DNA from: Acidimicrobiales bacterium
Lineage (GTDB): Bacteria > Actinomycetota > Acidimicrobiia > Acidimicrobiales > JBBSGY01
DNA length: 64,000 nt
Direction of reading: 5' to 3'
Assembly (NCBI GenBank): GCA_044220495.1
Contig: JBGAQY010000004.1
Coordinates: 11,069 to 75,068, forward strand
Part shown: in pieces, positions 1-8,956 of the stretch
How the letters are laid out: each line of letters starts with the position of its first letter
How positions within the stretch are numbered: position 1 is the first letter of the stretch
Notes under the pieces: model-generated
Database searches by the model: none
Seen by the model: only the letters and a program-made list of their open reading frames with translations
Told to the model about the DNA's origin: nothing
Program-made: the position numbers and the translations under genes

Positions 1-387
1 CCACGGCGCAGCCGTGTTGTAAAGCGTGTTTAGGTCGCCTTCGAACGGACCGTGATTGGTTGTCACGACAGGCACGTCTTTAACGCCTTGCGCGTAAAGC
101 GGGCCAAAGGTTGTGTTGTCGTGCACAACGTCGAAGCCTTCGAGTTGTGAGTACGCGGTAACTACGTAGCCAAGTTCGTGGCAAACCGGGCTGAATGCCC
201 AAGGCTGTGAGCCGTAAGGAATGATCGTTGTTGGTACATCGCAGGTTGAACCTACGAGTGCAAAAAGGTGAACGTCTTCGCCCGCACGCTTGAGCGCCCG
301 AGCCAAACCGTCAACCATCGACTCCGAGCCACCGTACTTAGAGGGCGGAATCGGATTCCACGGAGGAGCGATCAGTGCGACTCTCAC
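1..387 (-). CDS. glycosyltransferase family 4 (partial; gene continues past left edge)
   Basis: Reverse-strand translation from GTG (385-387) reads VRVALIAPPWNPIPPSKYGGSESMVDGLARALKRAGEDVHLF. This is paralogous to the N-terminus of the adjacent GT (MLVRIALVAPPWVPVPPVKYGGTEAIV). It is absent from the ORF track because there is no stop codon in the window. Confidence 0.75.
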   Translation of the reverse strand, partial: MRVALIAPPWNPIPPSKYGGSESMVDGLARALKRAGEDVHLFALVGSTCDVPTTIIPYGSQPWAFSPVCHELGYVVTAYSQLEGFDVVHDNTTFGPLYAQGVKDVPVVTTNHGPFEGDLNTLYNTAAPW

Positions 388-474
388 TACATTTGTCCTT
401 TTTTCGGGTTCGATCTCAGAGCTTGCGACGCAAGCCTTCGACCGAACTTGGGGTTTTCCGTTTACCGGAAATCA

Positions 475-1710
475 TTACGCCTGACCTCGGCTGCGCCTAA
501 TCCGCTGAGCCGGGTGATTGGTTTTCGCCTTCGCAACGCTGGGGCGAGCAAGTGGTTTCATGTTTGGCCGGCTGTCGATGGCGGAGGTGCCAATCGTGGT
601 GGGGGCGTGCGAGAACTTGAAAGGCGAGAGGTTGACACTCGATGGTTTCAAAACCGGGATGTCGAACTTGGCAGCGTCGTCTTGGTCGCGACGCAACAGC
701 TCGGTGAAGTAATCGAGGTATTCGTTCACCATTCTGTCGGCGCAGAAGTACTGCTCCATGATCTTGCGACAAAGCCCGCGGTTGAGCGTGTCAACCTCGG
801 CAATGCGCTCGATCATTTCGGCTTCGTTTGCGCACAAGAATCCAGTGACGCCGTCTTCGACAATTTCTGGGGCAGCGCCTTCGGGGAAGGCGAGCACCGG
901 AGTGCCGCATGCAAGCGCTTCGATCATCACGAGACCAAATGGTTCAGGCCACCTGATTGGGTTGATCAATGCACGAGCACCAGCAAGAAGACTCAGGCGT
1001 TCTTCGGCACTTACTTCGCCGACGTATTCAACGCCGTTGCCAAGCAATGGTTCAACGAATTCTTGGAAGTATTCGCGTTCGCCTTCGTTGTTGCTCATGC
1101 GTGCCGCGATCTTCAGCTTGACACCGGCGTCTCGCGCAACTTGCGCAGCGCGATGCGCGCCCTTGTTTGGCGACATGCGACCGAGGAACAAGAAGTAGTC
1201 GTCGGGGTCTGGATTGAAACGGAAGCGATCGGGTTCGAGACCGTGATGGATCACTTTTTCGATTTCGAGATCGGGAGCCGAACGTCGTTGTGATTCAGAC
1301 ACCGCAACAAGAGGAACACGGCCAGCACTTGCGCGAAATATGTCGCGGAAACTGTGGTCATAAGGGTGATGTTGCGTCGTTACGACCTTTAAGTCAGGAA
1401 AACGTTCGCTAAAAATCGGACCTAACAACGTGTGGTCATGAACAATGTCGAAGTCTTGAACTACCTCATAAGCATTAATGAGGTGGCGCAACTCGATTTC
1501 TGTCCAGTTCAATCGCCCCGAGTCAACTGAATCAAAGACAAACTTTCGGGGAACTGGGCATGTCGAGTCTGCCGTTGTAAACAACAAAACTTCGTGGCCT
1601 GCATTTTCAAAACCACGGGCTAAACAATCAACAATCGCTTCAGTTCCTCCGTATTTAACGGGCGGAACTGGAACCCAAGGCGGAGCTACCAGCGCTATAC
1701 GCACGAGCAC
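475..1710 (-). CDS. glycosyltransferase family 4 (GT-B, group 1)
   Basis: 411-aa ORF. The N-terminus is APPWVPVPPVKYGGTE and the C-terminal half contains PEPFGLVMIEALACGTPVLAF, typical of GT4 retaining transferases. It is a tandem paralogue of the 1..387 gene. Confidence 0.85.
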   Translation of the reverse strand: MLVRIALVAPPWVPVPPVKYGGTEAIVDCLARGFENAGHEVLLFTTADSTCPVPRKFVFDSVDSGRLNWTEIELRHLINAYEVVQDFDIVHDHTLLGPIFSERFPDLKVVTTQHHPYDHSFRDIFRASAGRVPLVAVSESQRRSAPDLEIEKVIHHGLEPDRFRFNPDPDDYFLFLGRMSPNKGAHRAAQVARDAGVKLKIAARMSNNEGEREYFQEFVEPLLGNGVEYVGEVSAEERLSLLAGARALINPIRWPEPFGLVMIEALACGTPVLAFPEGAAPEIVEDGVTGFLCANEAEMIERIAEVDTLNRGLCRKIMEQYFCADRMVNEYLDYFTELLRRDQDDAAKFDIPVLKPSSVNLSPFKFSHAPTTIGTSAIDSRPNMKPLARPSVAKAKTNHPAQRIRRSRGQA

Positions 1711-1833
1711 CTCGTACTTCGTTTGGCGGTAGTGGCCGCATTGCCGATGAAAGTGTAACTCTGGCGATTCGCCATTAGTCCAACTCCTTGTACGACTGGG
1801 CTCAGTCTAGGTGAAAGCACCCCAAGAAGGTGC

Positions 1834-2133
1834 TCAACAAACTGGCGATAAGAAGAACTTTGTGTCGGTTCCGCTACGAAATTTCTCGTAGTAGGCCAAA
1901 ACGGACTCATGATTCCTTGCTTGCCCAAATCGTGAATTGATCAAACCGTTGCGAATGTATTGATCGCTTGTTTGCGCCTTTTTACCTGGGCTTATTGCGT
2001 GTTGCATCACGACAACAAAACCTGAAGCTTTGTCATTGCGTTGGTTGAAAATGCATAGGACGCGCGAAGCACAAGTATTTGCGCAACCACCTTGGGCGTT
2101 CGAGAAGGTAATCATCTCGCAAAGCGTGAGCAC
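1834..2133 (-). CDS. hypothetical small protein (Cys-containing, low-GC ORF)
   Basis: 99-aa ORF in a ~47-50% GC wedge between trkA and the GT gene, on the same strand as both. No motif recognised and the start is uncertain (M1 or M7). Confidence 0.3.
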   Translation of the reverse strand: MLTLCEMITFSNAQGGCANTCASRVLCIFNQRNDKASGFVVVMQHAISPGKKAQTSDQYIRNGLINSRFGQARNHESVLAYYEKFRSGTDTKFFLSPVC

Positions 2134-2205
2134 GTATCGACAAACAGCGCGAGTGGTTGAAAGTCACTTGTTGCGTACGCGAGTGTCGACTGTTGGCGCC
2201 GTTAC

Positions 2206-2871
2206 TCAATCAGGCGCAGAAGCGAACTTTTCGACGTTTTTGATGTCACCAGCGATAACTATCAAGTCACCCGCTCGAATTTCGACGCCGTCATCAACCG
2301 TGAAGTTGCCGGCAGCCGGCTTGATGCTCACGATCGTTACGCCAAAAGTCGTTCTGGTGTGAGCACTGTGAATCGTTTGGCCAACGAGAGCCTTGGGGGC
2401 ACGTAATTTCGCCATTGCGAACCCACCGTCGAACTCTGTGAAGTCAATGAGTTCTCCGGTGAGCAATCGAGCCACGCGCGTACCTGCATCGCGTTCTGGA
2501 TACACAACATGCGATGCGCCGAGGCGTTCGAGAATGCGTCCGTGCGGTTCTGAGATGGCTTTCGCCCAAATTTCGGGGATCTTCAGGTCGACGAGCACTG
2601 ATGTACAAAGCACGCTTGCCTCAATAACAGTGCCGATTGCGACGGCAGCAATCTTGAATTCGTGCGCGCCGATCTGCTTGAGAGCGTCGACGTTTGTTGC
2701 ATCGACTTGCATCACGTGCGTCAACTTGCCCGACCACTCTTGAACAAGCTCGGGGTCTTCATCAATAGCGAGCACTTCGTGGCCCAACTTTTCTAGGCGT
2801 TCGGCTAACGCTCCACCGAAGCGACCTAAACCAACAACGAGTACAGCGTCATCTGCGGGTCTCTTAGCCAA
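2206..2871 (-). CDS. trkA: K+ uptake system NAD-binding subunit TrkA/KtrA
   Basis: 221 aa. Rossmann motif VVGLGRFGGALAERL followed by a TrkA-C-like C-terminal half. The start overlaps the trkH stop by 8 nt. Confidence 0.85.
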   Translation of the reverse strand: MAKRPADDAVLVVGLGRFGGALAERLEKLGHEVLAIDEDPELVQEWSGKLTHVMQVDATNVDALKQIGAHEFKIAAVAIGTVIEASVLCTSVLVDLKIPEIWAKAISEPHGRILERLGASHVVYPERDAGTRVARLLTGELIDFTEFDGGFAMAKLRAPKALVGQTIHSAHTRTTFGVTIVSIKPAAGNFTVDDGVEIRAGDLIVIAGDIKNVEKFASAPD

Positions 2872-4288
2872 CGATCAAATGCTCCTCGGGAAGCCGGTAA
2901 AGGCGTTGTCGTGAACGTAGTGCGAGGGCCGATGCAAGTGTGATTGTGCCGATGCGGCCGATAAACATCAGCACAACGAGTAGGTATTGCGCGCTTGGCT
3001 CAAGGGTTGGCGTAATGCCGGTCGAGAGTCCCGCCGTGCCAAAGGCGGAGGTAACTTCGAACAACACCTTGTCGAGGTCGAGCCCTGTCAGCGCAAGCAT
3101 TGCCATCGTTCCAAGAACCACAACGGCAATGCCGAGCAGCGCGACACTGATAGCCAAGCGCAACGTGGTGACAGGCATGCGGCGGCCAAACGCGTCGGCG
3201 TCGGCGTCGCCGCGAGCTTCAGCAACGATCGCAAAGAACAACACCATGAATGTCGTGACTTTGATTCCTCCAGCGGTGCCAGCACTGCCGCCCCCGATAA
3301 ACATGAGCACGTCGGTGCCGAGCCACGTGGTTTCGTGGAGTTGAGCGAAGTCGAGCGAGTTGAATCCGGCGGAGCGAGGTGTGACGCCTTGGAAGAAGCT
3401 CGCAAGCAACTTTCCGGGAACATCAAGCGGGCCAAGCGTTGCCGGGTTGGTCCATTCAAAGGCAGCAAACATGAAGGTTCCGCCGAGCACGAGTACGGCT
3501 GTGCCAAACACGGTGATTTTGGTGAGCATCGACCACAGCGATGGTCTGTGCAATTCGCGCACTAGCTCGAACAAAACTGGAAAACCCAGGCTCGACAAAA
3601 TGATGACGGCGGCAATTGGTATGCAGATGAACGGATCAGTCACGAACCCCATCAAGCTGTCGCTGTATAGCGAGAAGCCAGCGTTGTTTGCTGCCGACAC
3701 CGAATGAAACAAGCCTGAGAAAAATGCGTAACCCCACGGCGTGTCGTAGGCAAAGTGCAAACGCAGCGCGAGCATGAGCGCGAGTACCGATTCGATCGCA
3801 AGCATCGTGATTGCGACGTTCTTGAGAAGGCGTCTTACGTCACCAAGATCAAGCGAACGCGTTTCTGCTTGAGCCGTGAGTCGAGTGCGAAGGCCGAGCC
3901 GACGCGAGACAACAAGACCCAGCAACGACGCGATGGTCATGATGCCGAGACCACCGATCTGCATCGACACCAAGATCACGACCTCACCAAAGGCCGACCA
4001 ATGATTCGGTGTATCGACTGTCGACAAACCAATGACGCACAAAGCCGACGTGGCTGTGAACAGCGCTGTGTGAAATCCGGTCTGCACACCGGGTTCGCTG
4101 GCAACGGGGATCATCAACAGCGCCGTTGCTACCGCAATGGCGGCCGCGAAAGCTAGAGCTACGAACTGAGCTGGATGCCGCGGTTGGAGGATCTTTGGTA
4201 GGCCAGCCAACGGCTTTACATTCGCTCGAGTGTCTCGATGCCAAGCAGGCCTAGGCCCGTCTGCAGTACGCGGGCAGTCAGCGCGCAA
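2864..4288 (-). CDS. trkH: K+ transporter membrane subunit TrkH/KtrB
   Basis: Polytopic membrane ORF with selectivity-filter-like glycine motifs (MQIGGLGI, GGGSAGTAGGIKVTTF). The start is uncertain: ATG 4288 overlaps argS by 73 nt, and TTG at 4210 is an alternative. Confidence 0.8.
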   Translation of the reverse strand: MRADCPRTADGPRPAWHRDTRANVKPLAGLPKILQPRHPAQFVALAFAAAIAVATALLMIPVASEPGVQTGFHTALFTATSALCVIGLSTVDTPNHWSAFGEVVILVSMQIGGLGIMTIASLLGLVVSRRLGLRTRLTAQAETRSLDLGDVRRLLKNVAITMLAIESVLALMLALRLHFAYDTPWGYAFFSGLFHSVSAANNAGFSLYSDSLMGFVTDPFICIPIAAVIILSSLGFPVLFELVRELHRPSLWSMLTKITVFGTAVLVLGGTFMFAAFEWTNPATLGPLDVPGKLLASFFQGVTPRSAGFNSLDFAQLHETTWLGTDVLMFIGGGSAGTAGGIKVTTFMVLFFAIVAEARGDADADAFGRRMPVTTLRLAISVALLGIAVVVLGTMAMLALTGLDLDKVLFEVTSAFGTAGLSTGITPTLEPSAQYLLVVLMFIGRIGTITLASALALRSRQRLYRLPEEHLIVG

Positions 4289-5970
4289 AGGGCGAGGCGT
4301 GATGCGCGCGTTTCGCCGTCAGCGTTGAGCACTGGACAATTCTCATAGAACGCCGAGAACCGACCAGCAAGCTCGAACAGGTAGCTGCACAGGTGATGTG
4401 GCTCCCATGTTGTGAGCACGCGTTGCACGGCGGCGTCGAAGGCAGCAAGGTGCAACACCAGTTCGCGTTCGCTTGCCTCGGAAATGATGAATTCGGGCTT
4501 CGGGGCAGACTCGTTGGCCTTACGTAGAACCGATAGAGCGCGCGTTGTTGCGTATTGAATGTATGGCCCGGTGTTGCCGTCGAAAGATGTCATCGCTTCG
4601 AGATCGAAGATGTAGTTAGTGGCACGATCATTCTTGAGATCCATCCACTTGACTGCACCAATGCCAACCGTGCGTGCAATGTTGTCGAGCTCAGCGTCAT
4701 CGATGTCGTTAGCGCGTCCCGCGAGCACGGCCTTCGCGCGTTCTTCTGCTTCGTCGAGCAAGTCGGCGAGTCTGACGGTTCCGCCGTCGCGCGTCTTGAA
4801 CGGTTTGCCGTCTTTGCCAAGCACCATGCCGAAGGGAACGTGGCGCGCCGACATTTGATCGTCGAGCCAGCGAGCATCGCGGCCGGTGCTGATCACCATT
4901 GCAAAATGTTGTGCCTGGCGACCGTCGGTGACGTAGAGAACGACGTCGGCCTGGTCGTGATTGCGGTTGAATCGCAGTGCCGCCAGATCGGTGGCTGCGT
5001 AGCCATAGCCACCGTTGCTCTTTCGAACGATGAGTGGAAGTGGAGCGTTATTCGGCCCTTTGAACCCTTCGGGGAAGGTGCAGAGCGCTCCTTCGCTTTC
5101 TTGAATCAGACCCTTTTCATCCAACTCGGCAACGGTTGCGTCGAGCTGGTCGTTGTACATGCTTTCGCCGCGATAGTCATCATCAGTTAAGAGCGTGCCG
5201 AGTCGCCTGAAGATTTCGTCGAAGTGTTGTTTCGACTCGTCGACAAGAACGTTCCACAAGCGCACTGACTCTTCGTCGCCTGACTGCAGCAACACGACAC
5301 GTTTGCGTGCTCGTTCTTTGAAGTCTTCGTCGCCGTCGAAGTGTGTGCGAGCAGCGCGATATAGCGCTTCAAGGTCGTTGACGTTCATCGATTCGGCATT
5401 ACCGGTTGCCTGTTCGTCGAGCATGTGCTCGATCAACATGCCGAACTGCGTGCCCCAATCACCGAGATGGTTCTGACGAATGACGTGGTGGCCGGCAAAC
5501 ATAAGGATGCGTGTGATTGCGTCGCCAATGATTGTCGTGCGCAAGTGCCCTACGTGCATTTCTTTGGCCACGTTGGGGCCGCCGTAGTCGACGACGATTC
5601 GCTCCGGTGAACTAGTAAACGCAACACCCAAGCGATCGTCGGTAGCTTGACTTGCAGCAACCTTGGCGAGGAAGTCGTTTGTGAAGCTGACGTTGATAAA
5701 GCCAGGGCCTGCGACATCGGCAGCGGCGATCACATCTGGCCGCGCAAGCAAGTGGTTGGCAATGACTTCGGCAATCTCACGCGGGGGTCGACCAAGTGCC
5801 TTGCCGATTGGAAGTGCACCGTTGACTTGGTAGTCGGCAAATTTCGACGGACGAACAACGGGGTCGGCATCATCGGGCGCGCCAGCAATAGACGCTGCGA
5901 TTGCGTCGCGCACGAGCTTGTCGAGCATGCTTTCGAGGTCGGTAGTGCTTTGTTGGTCGAGGTGATTCAC
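4216..5970 (-). CDS. argS: arginine--tRNA ligase
   Basis: 584 aa. Class I HIGH-type motif (HVGHLRTTIIGD), an ArgRS-type anticodon-binding C-terminus, and a terminal ...LGIETLERM. Confidence 0.9.
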   Translation of the reverse strand: MNHLDQQSTTDLESMLDKLVRDAIAASIAGAPDDADPVVRPSKFADYQVNGALPIGKALGRPPREIAEVIANHLLARPDVIAAADVAGPGFINVSFTNDFLAKVAASQATDDRLGVAFTSSPERIVVDYGGPNVAKEMHVGHLRTTIIGDAITRILMFAGHHVIRQNHLGDWGTQFGMLIEHMLDEQATGNAESMNVNDLEALYRAARTHFDGDEDFKERARKRVVLLQSGDEESVRLWNVLVDESKQHFDEIFRRLGTLLTDDDYRGESMYNDQLDATVAELDEKGLIQESEGALCTFPEGFKGPNNAPLPLIVRKSNGGYGYAATDLAALRFNRNHDQADVVLYVTDGRQAQHFAMVISTGRDARWLDDQMSARHVPFGMVLGKDGKPFKTRDGGTVRLADLLDEAEERAKAVLAGRANDIDDAELDNIARTVGIGAVKWMDLKNDRATNYIFDLEAMTSFDGNTGPYIQYATTRALSVLRKANESAPKPEFIISEASERELVLHLAAFDAAVQRVLTTWEPHHLCSYLFELAGRFSAFYENCPVLNADGETRASRLALCALTARVLQTGLGLLGIETLERM

Positions 5971-6082
5971 TTATTGGCCGTCGCTATCGCTGTCGAGACT
6001 TTTAGGAGATTTCGCCAAGGCTAGGGCAGCGGCCTTGCGAGGTGTCACCACTACGCGCGGAATTGGGTAATCATCCACTCTG

Positions 6083-6601
6083 ATGGTGGCTCCTGATGAT
6101 CGAGACGAAACCGAGTTGCGCCGAACAGTGAGTGGGCGAGCAGCAGCAATTCTGATTGTTGTTGCCGCTGTCGCGGTGATGGTGGCGACGGTTGCCGGCG
6201 TTGCTGCTGTTCGTCACAAGGGTGAGTTGGATCGACTGCAGAAGAATTTGACCGACGGCAGCGTCGAGCAGTCCGCACTTCGGGCCAGTCAGAATCCAGC
6301 AAATCGTCACGTGACGCTTACCTCGGCAGACAAGCAGTACTACGTCGATGTGGTCGTTAGTGATGAGGGTCTTGGCTTTGTGCTTCGCTCGAATCTTCCG
6401 TCGCCGTCTGACGGTTACGACTATCAGTTGTGGGCCGACAGCGACGGTCACAAGATCTCGCTTGGTGTGATGGGCGGCAAAGTCGGCGCCACCGCCTTCA
6501 ATGTTCCTAAAGGTTCGACGGCGCTCAGCATCACGAAAGAACAAAGCGGTGGGTCGGTGTCGCCAAGCGAGCCACCCGTTGTGTTCAGCGCTATTGCTTG
6601 A
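6083..6601 (+). CDS. membrane protein with anti-sigma-K (RskA) C-terminal-like domain
   Basis: 172 aa. It has a short N-terminus, one TM helix (AAAILIVVAAVAVMVATVAGVAAV), then YQLWADSDGHKISLGVMGG...SITKEQSGGSVSPSEPPVV, resembling the RskA extracytoplasmic domain. No sigma factor gene is adjacent. Confidence 0.55.
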   Translation: MVAPDDRDETELRRTVSGRAAAILIVVAAVAVMVATVAGVAAVRHKGELDRLQKNLTDGSVEQSALRASQNPANRHVTLTSADKQYYVDVVVSDEGLGFVLRSNLPSPSDGYDYQLWADSDGHKISLGVMGGKVGATAFNVPKGSTALSITKEQSGGSVSPSEPPVVFSAIA

Positions 6602-6645
6602 GAGGTCGTTCGGTGAGCGTGTCGCACAGGCGTTAACGTGCACGC

Positions 6646-7380
6646 ATGAGTGACGATGCTGGCGAGGCAACTGGGCAGCAGGCGTTGCTGCGACTGCAAG
6701 AGTGCGACACGCACATCGATCAACTTCTTCATCGACGTGAGCACTTGCCCGAGCACGACCAGTTGGCTGATATCGCCAAACGTGCCGGCATATTGCGTCC
6801 TGAACTCACCGAAGCGACAAGCGTCCGCGATGAAAAGCGAAGCGCGCAAGCAGCACTCGAAGCAGAAGTTGATGCAATCGAACGACGAACTGCTGAGATA
6901 AATGTTCGGCTTTACGGGACGACGCCGATCTCGCCAAAAGACGCCCAAGCAATGGCGGCGGAAGTCGACCATCTGAAGCAGCGCCGCGACGGTTTGGAAG
7001 ATTCTGAGCTCGAGATCATGGATCAGTTAGAGCCACTCGATGCTGAGGTGCAACGTCTCGAAGGCGAAGCGGCCAAGCTTGGCGACGAACAACGTTCTGT
7101 TATGGCTGTTGTGAATGCAACACAAGCCGAGATCGACAATCAGTTAAAGGCCGAGCGCGCTCGTCGCGATGAGTTGGCCGCTCCGATTGCGTCGACACTG
7201 CTTGCTGAGTATGAGAAGTTGCGCGTGTCACTCAGGGGAGTGGCTGTTGCTGCGCTCGTTGGTAGCTCGTGTGGTGGATGTCACTTGACGCTTTCGGCCA
7301 GCGAGATGGCAGAGATCAAGAAGGCTCCAGCTGGCACTGTCATCCACTGCGAAGAGTGCGGGCGAATTCTCGTTCGGTAA
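6646..7380 (+). CDS. coiled-coil protein with C4 zinc ribbon (COG1579-like)
   Basis: 244 aa, with a long heptad-rich region and a C-terminal CGGCHLTLS...HCEECGRILV zinc ribbon. Confidence 0.75.
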   Translation: MSDDAGEATGQQALLRLQECDTHIDQLLHRREHLPEHDQLADIAKRAGILRPELTEATSVRDEKRSAQAALEAEVDAIERRTAEINVRLYGTTPISPKDAQAMAAEVDHLKQRRDGLEDSELEIMDQLEPLDAEVQRLEGEAAKLGDEQRSVMAVVNATQAEIDNQLKAERARRDELAAPIASTLLAEYEKLRVSLRGVAVAALVGSSCGGCHLTLSASEMAEIKKAPAGTVIHCEECGRILVR

Positions 7381-7428
7381 TTGATCGCGGGCGGCCTCAC
7401 GGCTCGCAATCCCGGTTAGCCTGCTGAG

Positions 7429-7770
7429 ATGAGTAACACTCCGCAGCAACCGATGTCAGCGCGATTCGCCATTCAAGTTCCTGAAGATGCGCGTGAAGGT
7501 CATTACGCAAACTTCTTGTCGGTATGGCATTCGCAGCACGATTTCACGCTCGACTTTGCGCTCACCGATCAGCCGGTGCCCGACGAGGCCAATCAGTTTG
7601 GCGAGATTGAATCAGTCACGGTGCCGTGCCAAGTTGTGACGCGCGTTCGCATCCCTGCAACCGTTGTCGAAGATGTGCTGCGCGCGCTTGCGCAAAATGT
7701 GAGCGAGTTCGAGAACACCGTTGGTCGCATCCGCCGGCCCGGTGAAGGTTCGGGAACAGTAGAGGGTTAA
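7429..7770 (+). CDS. DUF3467-like small protein
   Basis: 113 aa. The motif EGHYANFLSVWHSQHDFTLDFA resembles DUF3467-family proteins. Confidence 0.55.
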   Translation: MSNTPQQPMSARFAIQVPEDAREGHYANFLSVWHSQHDFTLDFALTDQPVPDEANQFGEIESVTVPCQVVTRVRIPATVVEDVLRALAQNVSEFENTVGRIRRPGEGSGTVEG

Positions 7771-8345
7771 GCACCCAAGATCTCGACACCGAACCGGCGC
7801 AAGACAACTGTGAGTGGCGCGAGCGGTAGGCCAATGATTGCTGAAACGTCTCCATCAACGCGTTCCACGAATGCACCTGCCACACCTTGCAATGCGTATG
7901 CACCCGCTTTGTCTAGCGGCTCGCCTCCGGCCACGTAACTTGTGATCTCCTCGGTTGTAAGAGCGCGCATCGTTACCGTGCTGACGATTGCAGTGCTGTG
8001 CTCGCGGTCACCCTGGGCAACTGCGAAGCCGGTGATTACTTGGTGGCTTCGTCCGCTCAGGCTTTTCAGCATGGCGATTGCGTGCTCGGCGTCTTTGGGT
8101 TTGCCAAGCAGAGAGTTGTCGAGAGCAAGAAAGGTGTCTGCGCCGATGACGACGTCGTTGGGCCGCGTCTTCGAAACTGAGAGCGCTTTGCCAAGCGCAA
8201 GTTCCGCAGCCAACTCATTGGGCGGCAGACGGTCGTCCATCACTTCTTCGTACTCAGGCTTGCAAACTTCGAACTCAATGTTGAGTTGACTCAAGAGGTC
8301 GTAGCGACGCGGCGAGGTGGAAGCGAGGATGACTTTGGGTGGCAC
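7767..8345 (-). CDS. maf: Maf-like nucleoside triphosphate pyrophosphatase
   Basis: 192 aa, with VILASTSPRRYDLLSQLNIEFEV, GADTFL and KAGAYALQG motifs. Confidence 0.85.
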   Translation of the reverse strand: MPPKVILASTSPRRYDLLSQLNIEFEVCKPEYEEVMDDRLPPNELAAELALGKALSVSKTRPNDVVIGADTFLALDNSLLGKPKDAEHAIAMLKSLSGRSHQVITGFAVAQGDREHSTAIVSTVTMRALTTEEITSYVAGGEPLDKAGAYALQGVAGAFVERVDGDVSAIIGLPLAPLTVVLRRFGVEILGA

Positions 8346-8487
8346 GCCGTCACGTTAGGGCTCGGCCAACGCACGTCGTGCCGGCCGGTCCGCCGGAGTC
8401 GCAGCCCAAAGCCCGTCCGCCGTCAAGCCTTGGCGCCCGGTGCTGCCGACCCACCCTTTCGGCCCGTCCGCCCTTCCGTCTCGGCGC

Positions 8488-8561
8488 CCTTTCAACTACG
8501 CGAAAGTGCCAAAAGTGCGCGCTTTCGGAGCCGTTTTTGGGCTTTTCGCGTGGTTGAAATG
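8488..8561. repeat. palindromic intergenic repeat, copy A (74 nt)
   Basis: The left arm is cctttcaactacgcgaaagtgccaaaag. The right arm gtttttgggcttttcgcgtggttgaaatg is its near-perfect reverse complement. It shares termini and length with the copies at 13714 and 33213. Confidence 0.8.
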
Positions 8562-8613
8562 AGAGCGGAGCCGCGCCGAGGGACGCGGTCTGGCGAGCGT
8601 GCTGGCGTCGGGG

Positions 8614-8811
8614 TTAGCGGTCGTTTGCTTTGGGCAACACGAGCTCTCGACGGGGCTGGATTAGGTCACGAAGGTGAGTCCACGCGTCGAGTTCTTGCAT
8701 AGAGGAAGCAGCGTCAGAGGTAAGAATTCGCTTTGTAGCAGTCATGGCCCCATTCATCGCCAGCCAGCTTCGAATCTGAAGGGTTTCAGCGATGTTTTCT
8801 AGGCTCGTCAT
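8614..8811 (-). CDS. hypothetical small protein (65 aa from internal ATG)
   Basis: Part of the 118-aa track ORF. Taking the ATG at 8811 avoids overlap with the pirin start. The region is ~50% GC, has no clear SD and no recognised motif. Confidence 0.25.
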   Translation of the reverse strand: MTSLENIAETLQIRSWLAMNGAMTATKRILTSDAASSMQELDAWTHLRDLIQPRRELVLPKANDR

Positions 8812-8956
8812 AGCTTTGCCATATTGGGAGACGAAATGGCCACGAGCAGCGAATATGCAGGGGAGTCGGCGGCTGCGCAGCGTGGTGCGCTGCGTGGGAA
8901 TGTTCGCACTGCAAGTATCGTTGCAGCCGGGCACAAGCAATCTTTTGGAGGCCACG

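Noticed and set aside
268-1293. 341-aa plus-strand ORF
   Set aside because: It is antisense to the two GT4 genes, which have clear family motifs. Its Arg/Ala/Val-rich, motif-free translation is typical of shadow ORFs in GC-rich DNA.
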